Below, one piece after another: positions 28,106-42,476 of a stretch of 64,000 bases of DNA; positions within the stretch are counted from its first letter, which is position 1, and each line of letters starts with the position of its first letter. The notes below the pieces were generated by a model that saw nothing but the letters and a program-made list of their open reading frames with translations, was not told where the DNA came from and did no database searches. The DNA comes from Tubiluchus corallicola. Lineage: Eukaryota; Animalia; Priapulida. The stretch covers positions 134,843 to 198,842 of the forward strand of contig JAQGDQ010000328.1 in assembly GCA_030141605.1 (NCBI GenBank), in the 5' to 3' direction. The translations under genes were made by a program, and so were the position numbers.

Positions 28106-28521
28106 CCCTTTCACACCCGTTGCATCCCGTGGGATACCAGAATATTTTCGGCCTTTAAAATTAATAAAATTTTGATATAAGCCAATAACAATAGACTAAA
28201 AATGGTGATAAAATGGTAAACTAGAAAATCTACGTAGCATAAAAAACTGCGCAAGGTACAGTACTTTAGAGACGACTTTGAACAGATCAGCATAGCATGC
28301 ATACTAAATGTCTTAAATACTTTAACAAATTATCAGCAGTTGCAAAATGATTTATGCTTCTATTGAATCCCAATGTATCCCGTGGGATACAGGCTATATT
28401 TAGCACGCGGGCACGAGTAGAAAAAAATAATTATTATGTGTAAACAAGATGGACATACTGAACAAAAGTACCAAGCCAAAAAATTTCTTCTTATTAAAAA
28501 AATAATTTGGGACTGAAAGGG
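28106..28521. mobile_element. piggyBac-like MITE
   Basis: ttaa|CCCTTTCA...TGAAAGGG|ttaa; inverted copy at 38349-38796. Confidence 0.85.
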
Positions 28522-29641
28522 TTAATAAACGTATAGTTTGCTAAACAAAGTCTTGATGATTTGCCATGCCCATCGTGGCTGTTCCACGCGCAATCTTCGC
28601 AAGCTACAGCCAACAAAACAATAAACAACAATAACCAGGAAGCAGCTGTAACCACTATCATAAACAGACTTCAGTTTATCAGAAACAGATATTATTTTAC
28701 CCTAAACAACTGCAATATGTCATGGCTATTTAGTCTCTGATTTTTCAGTTACCCTTGACAATGTGCTTTGAAAATGGTCACAGTGAGTGAAAGACTAAAA
28801 TTCATATTAGTCTAAGATTACATTCATACTGAAAAGATTTCTTTTAAAATAGCTAACGATTTAAATTCAATCAAAATGCTTTTGTCCATAAAAGCAAGGG
28901 CGTATCAACACTTTACGCCTGTTGTAAATATTGTTCTGTCTCTAATACGAATTTTTGGCTGTTTATGTAATGAACTGTTTAAAAAATTACTTGTGGAATA
29001 TTAGAGAAACGCTGGAAACACCTAGTTTCTACGTAGTCGTTATAAATTACATATTTTAACTGCTTGTTGTGCAATATCTTGTATCCGTTGTTATGTGTAG
29101 CACTTATATAAAAGTTGGGCTCAGTAACTGCCACTCATAATGCGCTCTTCACATGAATATGAAAGTACACATATTTTCCGAGGGGAATGAGAATTTTTTT
29201 CTAAAATGTGACGCCCCTCAAACTCTGACACCCTAGGCCTAGGCTATAGCCTAGCTAGCCTATTGGTTAATACACTCCACATGCTCAACAGGTTACTGAA
29301 CACTTTATAATCATGATCACAGTTTTTCTTAGTTCTCGCTCCATTTCATCTTTCATTCACTATCCCCCCCCCCAGTTTTATGTATATATTACTATTATTT
29401 CAATTATTAATTACTTCTTTAAGATTTCCACGTACAGTCAAGCTATGCTTTTAGGCTCAAACTGTATGCATCAAAATTACTCTGTAATGTAATTTGCACA
29501 TGTATATGCTGCACAAGAATCGTTTTTGTAATTTCTGGATAATATTGCATTTATATTTATATTTACTTCAGTGGAAAATTATCTGTATTTTTATTATAAC
29601 TGTTGGATGCAGAGTGGAAATAAATAAACTTATTATTATAC

Positions 29642-29693
<52 letters not shown>

Positions 29694-30047
29694 CCCCTGC
29701 ATAAATGCACCAGTATAATACAATTTAAAATACTGGTGCTATTTGCTTATTGTTGGTGTAACATTGTAATTTTACAGTTTTGTTTGTTTATTATTGGTGT
29801 GTTTGTTTATAGTGTTTGTTTGTTACAGGAACAACATTGTAATGTTGTAATTGCTTGCAATTTTTCATTTGTATTTATTTGTGATCGACTGAGTCGTGTA
29901 TTTATATAATTGGATTTGTTGATTTGTGATCCAATCCAGACATTTCTAGACAGGTTGTCTCGCCTTTTGTTTCATGGATTGGGCGTTGTTTTCAATATGA
30001 TGTAAACATATATGTGTGCTGAGTGTTTAACAAAAATACGTATTTAA

Positions 30048-31917
30048 CCCTTAGCCGACCAAGGTGGAGTTAAAATTACCCCAGCTGTGTTTGTTGACAA
30101 TTTTTTATACTGATATATGCATCCAAAAATTATTGAACTAGCAGTGATTAAAGGTTTTTCAATTTGTTATGAAACTAATACTTTGGTTGTGTTAAAAAAA
30201 CAATGCTTTTTTACAAAGTGCGGCTGCCAGATAATACCTGACAACAGTAACTTATACCTACCCCGCTTGGTTTTTCATGTAGGCCAAATTTTTGAGATAA
30301 CACAGCAATATTTTTCTTTCTGGCGCCAGCAAATGTTAACATTGACAACTAAGAAGTGCTGCAAGCCTCCAATTGACGTCTAACATAATGTCAATCATTT
30401 TCGTTGACTGCCCAATCAACGTGCAAGTTATTTAACACACCCCTGCAGCACGTGCGTTCGGGACATTCAGCTACAGCTCCGTCTAATGCTGTTATGAAAA
30501 TACTCATCTTTTCATTAGTTAGCGGGAGAAAAATTGGCTTGTTTCTAGATTTTATTATTGTCAATTGAAATTGGAAGTGGATTAGTGGAAATATATAGCC
30601 TAGTTTCGTTTATGGGAAGAAATGAGCAAAGCTTACGTCCATGAGTTGCTGATTAAATCATTTTGTAATCAAGAGAATACGCAGTTTAGTTTAGTTTATG
30701 GAATTGCAAGTTAGGTAAAAACAACCATTTGGTTAACTTTAAATAAGGACAAAACAAAATGTTTTCTTTTCTGGCCAGTTTTTATAAACCTCAATGAGAT
30801 CTTCACAGTCAAAATTAATTCAAATATGGTCAAAACTTATATTATACACTAATGTAATAACAGTTAATTTCACGCTATTTTTCTAGTTATAATCATGGTT
30901 AAAAGATGCCATTGGGACTTATATAACTCGGGCATTCAATATAAAGGTTGCCTATGGAATGGAACAGTAAAATTTATTCCATTTCCCTAGCCTGACAAAC
31001 GGAACAATACAAAAACTAAATAAATCTTGCAGAGGAGCACATGATAAGTTAATATAGAAAAATACATCGCAGGCATGATGTTCGTATGTTTAACGGCCAG
31101 AGAGACACAATATTTTTGTTGCTCATTTATTGTAAATCAAGGCTAACAGGCTTAGTTTCTTTATTATACTTATGTCTCTGTATTTTGTAGTGATTTGAAA
31201 CTTCGTCTAAACATTCTGTTTAAATTGAAAAGTCATTTTCTGGCTACTTGAAGTAATAATTTCGTGTAAAAATACTTGCTGCTCTGCAAATTTGTTTATC
31301 TGCGGATTAGACATTAGTTGTGACTGTCACGTTGTCTAGTTTAGTTTAGACAGTTGCTGTCCTGCGTGAGCTGTTGTCCCGAATGCTGTTGAGCGTGCTT
31401 ACGTTACAGCGTGGGCGGAGCGATAAACCAATATGTTTGACGTCAATTGCAGCCTTGTGCTCTGAAAACTGAACTTTCTAACGATGTGCTGAAGATATTT
31501 CGTTTTAAAATTGTGGACAGTCTTCATTTAGTAATATGGTGGGAACTTTTGCTGTGCAGGTGACTAACCTTGAAGCTGGATGCAGGTGAAATTTTACAAG
31601 GCCCAGCAAGTAAAGATGAATTGGATATCTCAGAATTAAACATTGAACATCATTAGTCTATTATGTTACAATACTTGATAAACCACGCGAAGGTAAAACG
31701 CATAAACACCATAGTACAGCGGTGGAATGCCTCTTTGTGCCCTTCCTACCTCATTTATTTACAACAACTTGACCTAGAGCTTGGCTTTGACTACCTGGGG
31801 TACCTCTATTTCTAGTTGGTCATTCTGTCCAGTTAGTAACACATACAAAGTAAAATTTTCACGGTGTAATTTCTTACACCTCTTGGGTAATATAAAACCC
31901 CTTTGGTCGGCTAAGAG
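30048..31917. mobile_element. 1.9-kb non-autonomous piggyBac-like element
   Basis: ttaa|cccttagccgaccaa...ttggtcggctaagag|ttga; no transposase ORF inside. Confidence 0.75.
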
Positions 31918-31939
31918 TTGAACCAATTAAGCGACTTAC

Positions 31940-32248
31940 ACGTCAGGGATACATTGTGGGAACTTGATACTTGTTTTGTCTGGACTTCGAGCAAGTAGAC
32001 AGATACTACATCACTGGGTTGTACCTTTCCTATCGTAAGTTCTACCTTAAAGCAATCGTTCGGCAATTTCGTGAAGACAGACTGAAATCGAGTCCTGTTC
32101 AAAGCAGAAATCTTCGCGTGTCGTATCATGAGGTTTTTGAAGGACCAAGTAACTACGGGAAACGTTAAAACATTGCAAAATCTTACAGAAAACGTATCGT
32201 CTTGAAAAAGACTGACGTCCGTGTCTGTACTTTCATACGAAATCTCAC
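31940..32248 (-). CDS. Gene B exon 10: Ig-like domain
   Basis: ttttag/gtaag boundaries, 309 nt, phase 1-1. VRFCNVLTFPVVTWSF...CFKVELTIGKVQPSDVVSVYLLEV. Confidence 0.78.
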
Positions 32249-33256
32249 CTAAAAATAAAATGTATGTACGTCGGTAATTCTATTTGTAAAAGTTCTGTAA
32301 TAAAAATCTGTTTGTGTAAAGGCACAGGTAAATATTCAATTTCAAACAGAATCAAAGCATCACATTTTTCTATCATTTCAGTGGAAAAAATAATCATCTG
32401 ATGGATGTTAGAAAGTTGATTTTTAAAAACCATGGTAAATATCAATATATATATATATTGCAAAATACAAAAGTTTTCTATTATTCGGAATGACAGTGAT
32501 TAAGGTGAATTTATAAAGCTAACTGCCTCAAGTGATACGTTTTTAATAACTGTATAGTAATTTACTAGATGAATGTAAAAAATCTACAAAACCTTTTTGA
32601 CCATGTGGACCGGACAGTTTGACCTTTAAAATTAAGATGTGGATGCATCATGACTTCCGTCAAAAACTTAGTACGAAAACCTTTTAATAATAATTATGAT
32701 AAAATTTCGTCGAATTCTCTATCTCTACGCGTTCACAATTCCCAAAAAAGTTAGTTATTTAATTTATAAATCTTTTTTGTTTAACAATAACTATATACTC
32801 TTTGTGTAATAACAATAATGCGTTAAAAAAAACTTGTCTGTTAGGATTATATAGGCCTTTAACCAAGTACTCTGCCAGCTCGTTCAGCCGAGTAACTGTA
32901 TCTCTGTTTCATTACTTCAAGCAGATGTCATTGAACAGTTATTTAACAAGCCTAAATGACAGATTTACTGAAAGTTTTTAACAAATTACTTAAGTATTAA
33001 CGAGCCAAATACATTAATTAAACCAAAAATTTTAAAATAGAGTTTCAAACACATGTAGGATAAGAATAATTATAATTTTGTTTTCAGCCAAAATTCAACA
33101 ACACATAATTTCGTCAATCTCTTTCATTTCGTCTTTTTATTGTTTTGTTTTTCGTTGTTATAATTTGTGTGCAATGTATCGTAAATATGTAACTAATTGT
33201 ATTTGTAAATAGGCCTACTACTAATGTACTATGTGATTGTGTTGTATTAATGTACG

Positions 33257-34060
<804 letters not shown>

Positions 34061-34292
34061 ATTATAAACTAATTATGGCTAACCACAAAGTTAAGTAATG
34101 TTATAAAAAGTTAGTTTGATAAACATTTTATAATTTATAATCTCTTTTTCAAAGGTTTTTTACTATTAGAAATAACAGCTAACATTACTGTTAATGGCAT
34201 TATTCGTATTGATTATTTCACAGCAAATAAAGATGTTTATAGTGTTAATATTACATTACCGTTAAGAATATTAGAAATTCATAATGGTTTAC

Positions 34293-34491
34293 CATTTTTA
34301 GCTAAAACCTTTTTGCCTTCAGTATCTGTCGTAAAGATGGCGACAAATAATTTCATTGATGGGCTGTAATTTTGAATATCGCAAGAACTGAGGGCAACAT
34401 TGGCATCATGACACAAAACGTCGAATGAGTCCAGACTTTCTGATGTTGCCTTGTAAACTTTGTAACGAAATTTGTCAAACGTTTTTCCACA
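34293..34491 (-). CDS. Gene B exon 9: C-terminal part of FN3-like domain (not in the ORF track)
   Basis: ttttccag/gtaaa boundaries, 199 nt, phase 0-1, no stops. CGKTFDKFRYKVYK...LCHD...SCDIQNYSPSMKLFVAIFTT. Confidence 0.68.
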
Positions 34492-35379
34492 CTGGAAAAC
34501 AATGAGTTATCATTTAGGTAACTTCAATGCACAGCACTGTCGCAACGAGAAAGTTAAAACGAAAACTGGGCTAAAATCTTAAATTATAGCTAACGGCAAT
34601 CTACCCTATGAAATATTACAAGGAAACATCCCATTTTAGAGTGATTTATGAAAAAGAATTAGTGCCACAAGAAAGGTAATTTTCGCGTTCGCGCGGCTGG
34701 TTGTTCGTTCGATATACAGTCTATGCGTATCGCTATTAGCTAGTTAGTTGGGCACTAGCGTCTGCACCTAAGAAAGAGCTGTTGTACCTCTCAGTTCAGT
34801 TTGTGACGAACTACACTTGTTCGGCAACTCATTTATGAACTCAACGGTTAATTTGAAATTAGAATTTTTATCTTAAAACATGCCTAGTTTTAGTACAACA
34901 CACTGAATATCTCAAAGTAGCACTGTACTTCAACTTCCGTTTATTCACAAACACGTACAACACGGTTGTGGAATATTTTTGCTGTTGAAAATTATGTTCC
35001 TGTATAATGTCATCAATAGTTGGGCTAATCCGTCGTGCGCTGGAACAAACTAAATACCTATTCCTATCTATGCTCAAACGAGGTAGCTATAAACAGTAGG
35101 CTACTATGAAGTAGTTACCGAGCAATAACAGTAATAACAATAGTGGTGCAAGGGCAAATACAGCTCAGACTGATTCCGTTGTTGGAGTGAGGCACCATAG
35201 ACCTATGGGGCCGTCACAGGGACATCTTGCCAATGGGCACGAACATTTTAAATTACTTTTCTTTTCCAGTTACACGAGTCTTTCAAGCACGTAAGCGTAA
35301 TGCAAAGTAACGTAACTTTGCGTGAAAAGTTTTTTTGGACATACTTTAACATTGCACTTTCTTTTACATTAAAACTTAC

Positions 35380-35480
35380 AGTTTCAACATCAGCTTCGTC
35401 AGCGCTCCAAGTCAGAAGTGCCTGCGATGGGTCCTCTTTAGACACAATGAAAGTTGGAGAAACCCTTACGTAAGGGCAGG
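35380..35480 (-). CDS. Gene B exon 8: N-terminal part of FN3-like domain
   Basis: ttttcag/gtaagt boundaries, 101 nt, phase 1-0. ACPYVRVSPTFIVSKEDPSQALLTWSADEADVET. Confidence 0.7.
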
Positions 35481-35739
35481 CTGAAAAGAACATTTTAACT
35501 AAAGCACTTTTTAAATAGTACAAATTGTAAACGTAAAGAACGACTTCTAAACGTAAAGACAAATAACGAGAATTGTTTCAAGAATTTAAGAAATTTACTG
35601 TTGCGAAATCATTCTATTTCGCATCTTTAATTTTGTGATTTTGAATTCAAATGTGAATTACCGACCAATGCTTTATTCATTCTTCAGTTTTTTGTCGATT
35701 GGAAATATCAATGGAAAATCTAGACACGTTTAATGCACG

Positions 35740-36178
35740 TGTTAGTTTGGTGATTGCGTATATAAGCCTGGTGATGCATGATAGTTTGGCGATTATGAAT
35801 ATAAGCCTGGTGATGCATGATAGTTTGGCGATTATGAATATAAGCCTGGTGATGCATGATAGTTTGGTGATTATGAATATAAGCCTGGTGATGCATGATA
35901 GTTTGGCGATTATGAATATAAGCCTGGTGATGCATGTTAGTCTGGTGATTATGAATATAAACTGGTGATACAAGTTAGTCTGGTGATTATGAATATAAAC
36001 CTGGTGATACATGTTAGTCTGGTAATTATGAATATAAACTCGACATCTCATGTTTGTTTGGTAATTATGAATATAAGCCTGGTAATCCATGATAGTTTGG
36101 TGATTATGAACATGAGCCTGGTAATGCATGATAGTTTGGTGATTATGAATATACATGTTAGTTTGGTGATCATGAATA
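35740..36178. repeat. 39-bp minisatellite, about 11 copies
   Basis: Unit ataagcctggtgatgcatgatagtttggcgattatgaat. Confidence 0.9.
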
Positions 36179-37333
36179 CATAAAAATTTTAGCTGTTAAT
36201 GTCCAACTCATAAATCGTATAATTAAGGTTTTCACTCAATTATGCAATAATGGTTATTAAGAGCATAACCAAAGTAAGAATTGTCACACAGTAGAAAAAG
36301 CTGTCTTGTGTCCGAAATCGAAATCACAAAGTCAGTTTTTATTATGCAGACTGCATAATTTTGCAGAACAAGAGCCGTTTTCCTCTGCCTCTTTTGTTTC
36401 TGTTAGAGAACTCATTGGGCAGAGATGGAGGAGGAGTTTCAAACACGAAATGTTCAGCCACATTTCCACTGCTCAGCGCAAGTCGGATTCACGTCTAGCT
36501 GATCTGTTCTGTTTATGATGCTGATAGTACTGTGACACAAGTGCAATAAATGTACATAAGATGCACTAGTGTATAGGACCCCCTGCATACCGCCTGCATA
36601 TTGCATACTTTTCACTCATTATTATCAATAAAATTCAATTTATAATAAGTCTTTTTTCTTTAGTTATTTCTTTATACTTATGCGGAACCGGAGCACGTGA
36701 GGGGAGGACAATTTTACTTCGCAGCCCAAGCAACATGGTTTTTGGCTGTTGTGCGCATGCGGCCATGCGCACGTGTCTAAGCTAAGGCGCTGTACTTTAG
36801 ATAGAAAGAGCACTGTGGCTCACTGTAGTACGTGTTGTCAGTTGTCACGTGTTTGAAAGCCATGTATCGGCATATTCTTGAACTACGACAATTTAGGCTA
36901 TTCGTAAAGAAAACGACATTTTTTGTTTAGAAGTTTATCATGTTCATGTGAAAATTTGTTTGTTTGTTTGTTTAAAATTACAATTACAACATTAAAATTA
37001 CATAATGTTTGTTTGGTTTTGCACGGTATTAAAACAATGGCTATTAAAATTTTAAGTTTGCAGCACCCCGACTAATTTTAGCTATTCGAGTCGCCACTGA
37101 TGAGATGCATCATACAGAGAACTTTGTTTTGACCAGAGTCGAGTTGAGTAGATCTATATATGCGTGATGAACACGCTCTTCCATTCAGTTACATCTACTC
37201 AGATTGCTCTCCGATTGGTGATTGAATTTAAATTCATAAAAGAAAAAATAACAACAGAAAAACTCCTTAAGTGTTTATCAAATTTAGAACGTACATCAAA
37301 ACAATGATAAAATTACCGTGAATTGAATTTGAC

Positions 37334-37342
37334 TGATGATTG

Positions 37343-37422
<80 letters not shown>

Positions 37423-37655
37423 GTGGTGCTGGTGCTGATTGATGATTGCATTCAAGTGTATAAAAGAAAAAAAATAACAACAGAAAAACTGCTTAAGTGT
37501 TTAGCAAATTATCCCAACAGTATGTATACTTGATTAAGGGCTTTGATAGAATTAGCGTGAATTGAATTTGATTGATGATTGTGATGATAATGATGATGAT
37601 CATGACGACGCCGACGACGACGACGACGACGATGATGATGATGATGATGATGGTG
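37334..37655. repeat. (GAT)n/(GAC)n tracts inside a roughly 230-bp local duplication
   Basis: cgtgaattgaatttgaytgatgattgtgatg and aataacaacag..aaact recur two to three times between 37245 and 37770. Confidence 0.8.
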
Positions 37656-37762
37656 ATTGATGATTAAATTTAGTGTATATAAGCAAAATAACAACAGTAA
37701 AACTGCTTCAGTGTTTAGCCAATTTGTCAGACAAACGAACATCAAAACAATGATACAATTAC

Positions 37763-37954
37763 CGTGAACAGTTTCATAAATGCTGTGATGCCCTATTCCT
37801 CCACAAAGCCCGAAATTGTTGTGTCCTGTAAAACTTCCTCCACAGGCGATGTCACAGTGTTTCTCCTCAACGCTCTCCATGATGATTGGCTGGTTTCCGC
37901 ACTGACACCTATTGTAACTGGTGAGAACTGCAAACATGTAGGGCGCCTTTGACT
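37763..37954 (-). CDS. Gene B exon 7: C-terminal half of WSC domain 5
   Basis: tacag/gtaat boundaries, 192 nt, phase 1-1. PYMFAVLTSYNRCQCGN...CDIACGGS...LCGGIGHHSIYET. Confidence 0.85.
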
Positions 37955-38348
37955 CTGTAATATCATAAAATATGAATCTACGCGAATATTTACAAGTTGC
38001 CGAACAAATATATTGTCACAAATTATTTCTGATCACAACTAGAACTATTGGTGATACGATACCCCAAAAATAGGCATCTCAGGTAAGCAAATTCTTCGAT
38101 TAATTATGGTCTTCCACAATCCTATAGTATTTCCAATAATTATGATAATCTAATTATTTCATTTGTTTAATTTGTTCCATCACGAATGTGGAAGTAAAGG
38201 CATAGTTGAACTGAATTGCAAATCCTCTAAAGTTTACGTTTAATTTATGAGCTATAAATTAAAGATAATCATATCATCACATAATAAAGACTTTGCAAAA
38301 AGTAAAATCACAACAACTTTCCAAATGCCCAATTAAATACCATATTAA

Positions 38349-38796
38349 CCCTTTCAGTCCCAAATTATTTTTTATTAAGAAAAATTTTTTTGGCTTGGTA
38401 CTTTTGTTCAGTATGTCCATCTTGTTTAAACATAATTATTTTTTTCTACCTGTGCCCGCGTGCTAAATATAGCCTGTATCCCACGGGATACATTGGGATT
38501 CAATGGAAGCATAAAGTGTGCTTCATTTTGCAACTGCTGATAAGTATTTAAGACATTTAGTATGCATGTTATGCTTATCTGTACAAAGTCGTCTCTAAAG
38601 TACTGTACATTGCGCAGTTTTTTGTGCTATGTAGATTTTATAGATTGCCATTTTATCACCATTTTTAGTCTATTGTTATTGGCTTAAATAAAAATAACTA
38701 CTAACAGATCAAATAACGGTCAGTTTTAAAATTTTATTAATTTTAAAGGCAGAAAATATTCTCGTATCGCACGGGGATGCAACGGGTATGAAAGAG
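38349..38796. mobile_element. piggyBac-like MITE, inverted copy of 28106-28521
   Basis: ttaa|CCCTTTCAG...TGAAAGAG|ttaa; reverse complement is highly similar to the first copy. Confidence 0.85.
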
Positions 38797-39344
38797 TTAA
38801 TTGTTCATTAATACCATTAAATATTCTTTACTCAAAAAATTCTTCCCAGACGATATTTTTGCGACAAAATTTATATTCCTAATAAGTTTCTTTCATTCAG
38901 TGGCAATAGTTTCACAAAACACAAACACAAAATGGTGGTAACCAAAGTTTAGAAAAGACACGAATGAATTACTTATGTTACTTACGTATTTTACATGCGT
39001 ATTAATTTATGCGAAAGACACTCATATAAACAGGTGAATAAGTCAGTAGACATCAACATGTCATATAAATATCTAAACTACAGATTCGAATTTTTTTAAC
39101 ATGCTTCACACGCTATACTTCATTTTCATTGTGCTTGTAAATCATAATGATTTTGCTTTACTTTTGTATATCTTGTAAGACAACAAACTTGAACTTAAAA
39201 ATTGAAAATTTGACTTTATATCCTCTTATTGTAGACTGGCTAGGTTATCAAAAACTTTGGAAAATAGTGAAACCGAAAACTTGATGAAAAGCGCTTAGCC
39301 AGCTGAAGCTCAATGTAACCAATAGATAGGATTCGCATATGAAT

Positions 39345-39808
39345 GACCTTCTGTCTCGGAAGACAATGGAATGTGCGCCAAGAGAGTCTGATCTTTGAAC
39401 GTCTCCAGGGCGCATGCCTGGGCAAGGTGTACGAAGATCCCGAGGTGCCCAGACCACAGGAACCCCCTCTCTTCCTCGCTGGTGTAGTCCAAAGGAAAGC
39501 GGAGCGATACGTTTGGCACCAGGTTGGCTGCAGGAGCTGCCGGAGTCAGTGAGCATGCTGCACTGGTCTGCCTTCGGGGCTCCACTCCTGATTTGGATTT
39601 GACTTGACCTCCTCCGCCCTCTAACCGTTGGCTGCTTGTACAGCTCCTTCACCTAGTGTCGGGATACAGTGTGGGAATTCCGCAAACCTACAGCACCTGG
39701 TATTCCTAAGCGGTCACCCATCCAAGCGCTACTCATACCCATACGTTGCTTAACTTCGGTAGTCAGACGAGAACCGAATCGTGTTTTCAACGTGATTTGG
39801 GCCGTAGC
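39345..39808 (-). mobile_element. Second copy of the 5S-derived SINE, with internal deletions, in a gene B intron
   Basis: Reverse complement of 39684-39808 is 5S-like; the body aligns by eye with 56662-57090. Confidence 0.85.
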
Positions 39809-39865
39809 TACAACAACTATATACAAATATACAATAGCTAAAGCCCCTTAATCAAGTATACATAC

Positions 39866-40015
39866 TGTTGGGATCTTTTGTGGCAGCGCAGTAGAAGACA
39901 CACATGGTCGGAGACATTGACAAGCGTACCAACTCTGAATCTGCAACTACTGAAAAATGTGCTGTACTGGTATGCAAAAAACATCCGCTTTCCAAGCGTT
40001 GTCCAATCAACGGAA
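39866..40015 (-). CDS. Gene B exon 6: N-terminal half of WSC domain 5 (frame differs from the ORF track)
   Basis: tttcaag/gtatg boundaries, 150 nt, phase 1-1. IPLIGQRLESGCFLH...MSPTMCVFYCAATKDPN. Confidence 0.82.
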
Positions 40016-40177
40016 CTTGAAAAAGGGAAACAAAAATAAATAAACAATATTATTACTGTAAATTACTCATTTATCATATATAGTCTTTCTATTGGGCAAA
40101 ATGTTCCTCTAGACATTCTACTTGTTACAAGATTTTACTGCAAAATTTGGAACAAAAGTTCCAATCTATGGTGTTAC

Positions 40178-40340
40178 ATATACATATGCATATGCATATG
40201 CATATGCAGATGCAGATGCAGATGCAGATGCAGATGCAGATGCAGATGCAGATGCAGATGCAGATGCAGATGCAGATGCAGATGCAGATGCAGATACAGA
40301 TACAGATAGAGATACAGATACAGGTACAGATATAGATACA
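40178..40340. repeat. (GCAGAT)n hexanucleotide microsatellite
   Basis: Directly visible. Confidence 0.95.
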
Positions 40341-41004
40341 CATGACCGGTTCAAATCTACGACAGTTCTTGCTAAACTTTGATAAATACCCAGCAAAATA
40401 TCGATAAATTTCATATAATCGTTTATGATAAAAAAAATCAACGTTTCCCACTGCACAACAGTCTCTTAAAAACATGTTTTTTTAATTTAAAAATTGGTTC
40501 ATATTGTGAAATATTTATTAAACTGATGTTGTTCTTGCTGACTCTATTCTAAGATATTTGATTTCAAAAAAATTCAAAATAACATTCATTATTTTATAAT
40601 CTAACAATTTGCAATCGGATTCATCATAAGACATAAAAGCAGACGTATACAGTAGTTTCTATCTGATATGAAATGCATCAGTCTTAAATATTCGTACATT
40701 AATATTTTCTAATCGTCATTTTCTACTAATGTCTAATGTAATCTTGTAGTAAAACTAGTCAGCTTATGTGGTTATAGTCTATTCTTACTGTAAATGTTTT
40801 TGTAAATAGTGTATAAAGTCTGTTGTGGTGAGGATCCTAAATCGTGTTGTTCAAACTGTCTGATCCAATCCTATAATAAATTATGTTTAAACTCTAAAGG
40901 GAGCCATATTTTGTGAAATAACGTTTTATGAGTGTTTTAGTAGGTCATTGGTTTCTCATTACAAAATAGCACCATGCGCTTGCAAAACGGAAAAAAAATC
41001 TTAC

Positions 41005-41343
41005 TGTTGGTGGAATATATCTCATTTGCAGATATTCCTCCGCACGATGTGCAGTTACCGACATCGTGGAAAAAATGCGTATCGTCCTCCCTTGCGTTCC
41101 TATAATTGCACCTGGTTAAAGGCACCTTCCCACATTTTAAATTACAAGTTCTTCCTGCCGGGCCATGCGCACCGTACGTGTTTCCACACCAACAATCAGC
41201 ACTGCGTTGCATTGCTGCATAGGGGTATTGCCTCCCGGCGCATTCCTGGATGCAGGCCTCCGGATCATGCGCAGTGACTAATTCCGATAAATCCCTGTCG
41301 GTATCAATATCTTGCCAACAACCAAGTCCATGAAGGTAAAAAT
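41005..41343 (-). CDS. Gene B exon 5: WSC domain 4 with a Cys-bearing insertion
   Basis: ttgcag/gtaag boundaries, 339 nt, phase 1-1. GLGCWQDIDTDRDL...ACIQECAGRQYPYAAMQRSADCWCGNTYG...CNLKC...CGGISANEIYST. Confidence 0.9.
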
Positions 41344-42048
41344 CTGCAATGAAAATCAGGTGTCTTTCATATTTTCTTCTGAAGTTTTCAATTTCGATGA
41401 CTACGTTGATTTGCGTTTTTCAGAAACTTATGGTACAAATTTTCGTAAACAAAGTTTCCACAAACAACGAAACAATTCAGTGCCGATGAAGTAGAAATAT
41501 TGCATTTTTTAATACTCACAACTTGTACAATTTCATACAAAAATTTCCAACAAATATTGAAACAATAGTAATGATGAAATAGAAATATTGGATATATCTT
41601 AATGATCACAATTGTACCGCCTTGTTTTTGTCGGTCACGTGACAAAAAGACGCGGCTGCCAATCTTAGTACATTCACTGAGCTGCGCGCAGCTTTGAAAG
41701 TTTAACGAAATTTGAGTATCCGTGGTAATTATTATTTAATTTAACCTTTAATTTAAAAAAAGCTATTGTAGTTTTCAATATTTTAGAGCATTCTTTATTC
41801 TAAACTCGTGTTTACAGAATCATCCGGTTTTCCTTTGTAACACAGTCAGCAATCATTTAATTTATGTTGACGACTTCTGTCTCATAGCAACAACTGTACC
41901 TGCATTACCATGTCTAATAAATAGGGATTATTGTTCAGTATAATGACGATCACAATATTATTATTAACACGGAAAAAACTAACGTCGTGATACTGATTAC
42001 CGGAGTTGTCTGGTAGCGATTTTGGCAAAATATGCATAAAGGAAACTA

Positions 42049-42476
42049 ACCTAGCCACTGGGGGTGGGGGGGGGGTGTAAAAGCCAGCCCAACTCAGTGC
42101 CGGTGCCAAGCCCGGATAAATAGGGAGGGTTAGGGTCAAGAAGGGCATCCGCCTGTAAAAACTGCGCCGAAACCTTCTATGAATGAGTCGGTGAGACTTA
42201 AAGGGAATGTCCACAAAGAAGTGGTCAGACCCGCTCTAATCTATGGGCTGGAAGCATCTTCTCTAAAGAAGACCGAAGAGAAGAAAATGGGTGTGGTGGA
42301 GATGAGGATGTTGAGATGAATGGGTATGGACACCTGAAAACAAGAGTCGGTGAAGATCTTGTGGGAATTGAAGACATAAATGAAGAGATGGTCAACAACA
42401 GGTGAACAGGAATGCGTGGAGTAGACTCATTCACAAAGGCGACCCCGAATAGGGAAAAGCTGGGAAGAAGAAGAAG
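42049..42476 (+). mobile_element. Internally deleted RTE-clade (Expander/Rex3-like) retroelement
   Basis: 5' motif gccggtgccaagcccggataaatagggaggg, an RT C-terminal remnant (VVRPALIYGLE), ggcgacccc...(GAA)n tail, and a 17-bp direct repeat atgcataaagraaacta on both flanks. Confidence 0.75.

Noticed and set aside
35345-35379. Longer exon 8 using the gtatg donor at 35344
   Set aside because: It gives phase 2, which does not fit the open frame of exon 9; the gtaagt donor at 35379 does.
35677-36183. His/Gln-rich repeat ORFs (MHHQAYIHNRQTI)n
   Set aside because: A 39-bp minisatellite open on both strands, without credible splice sites linking it to gene B.
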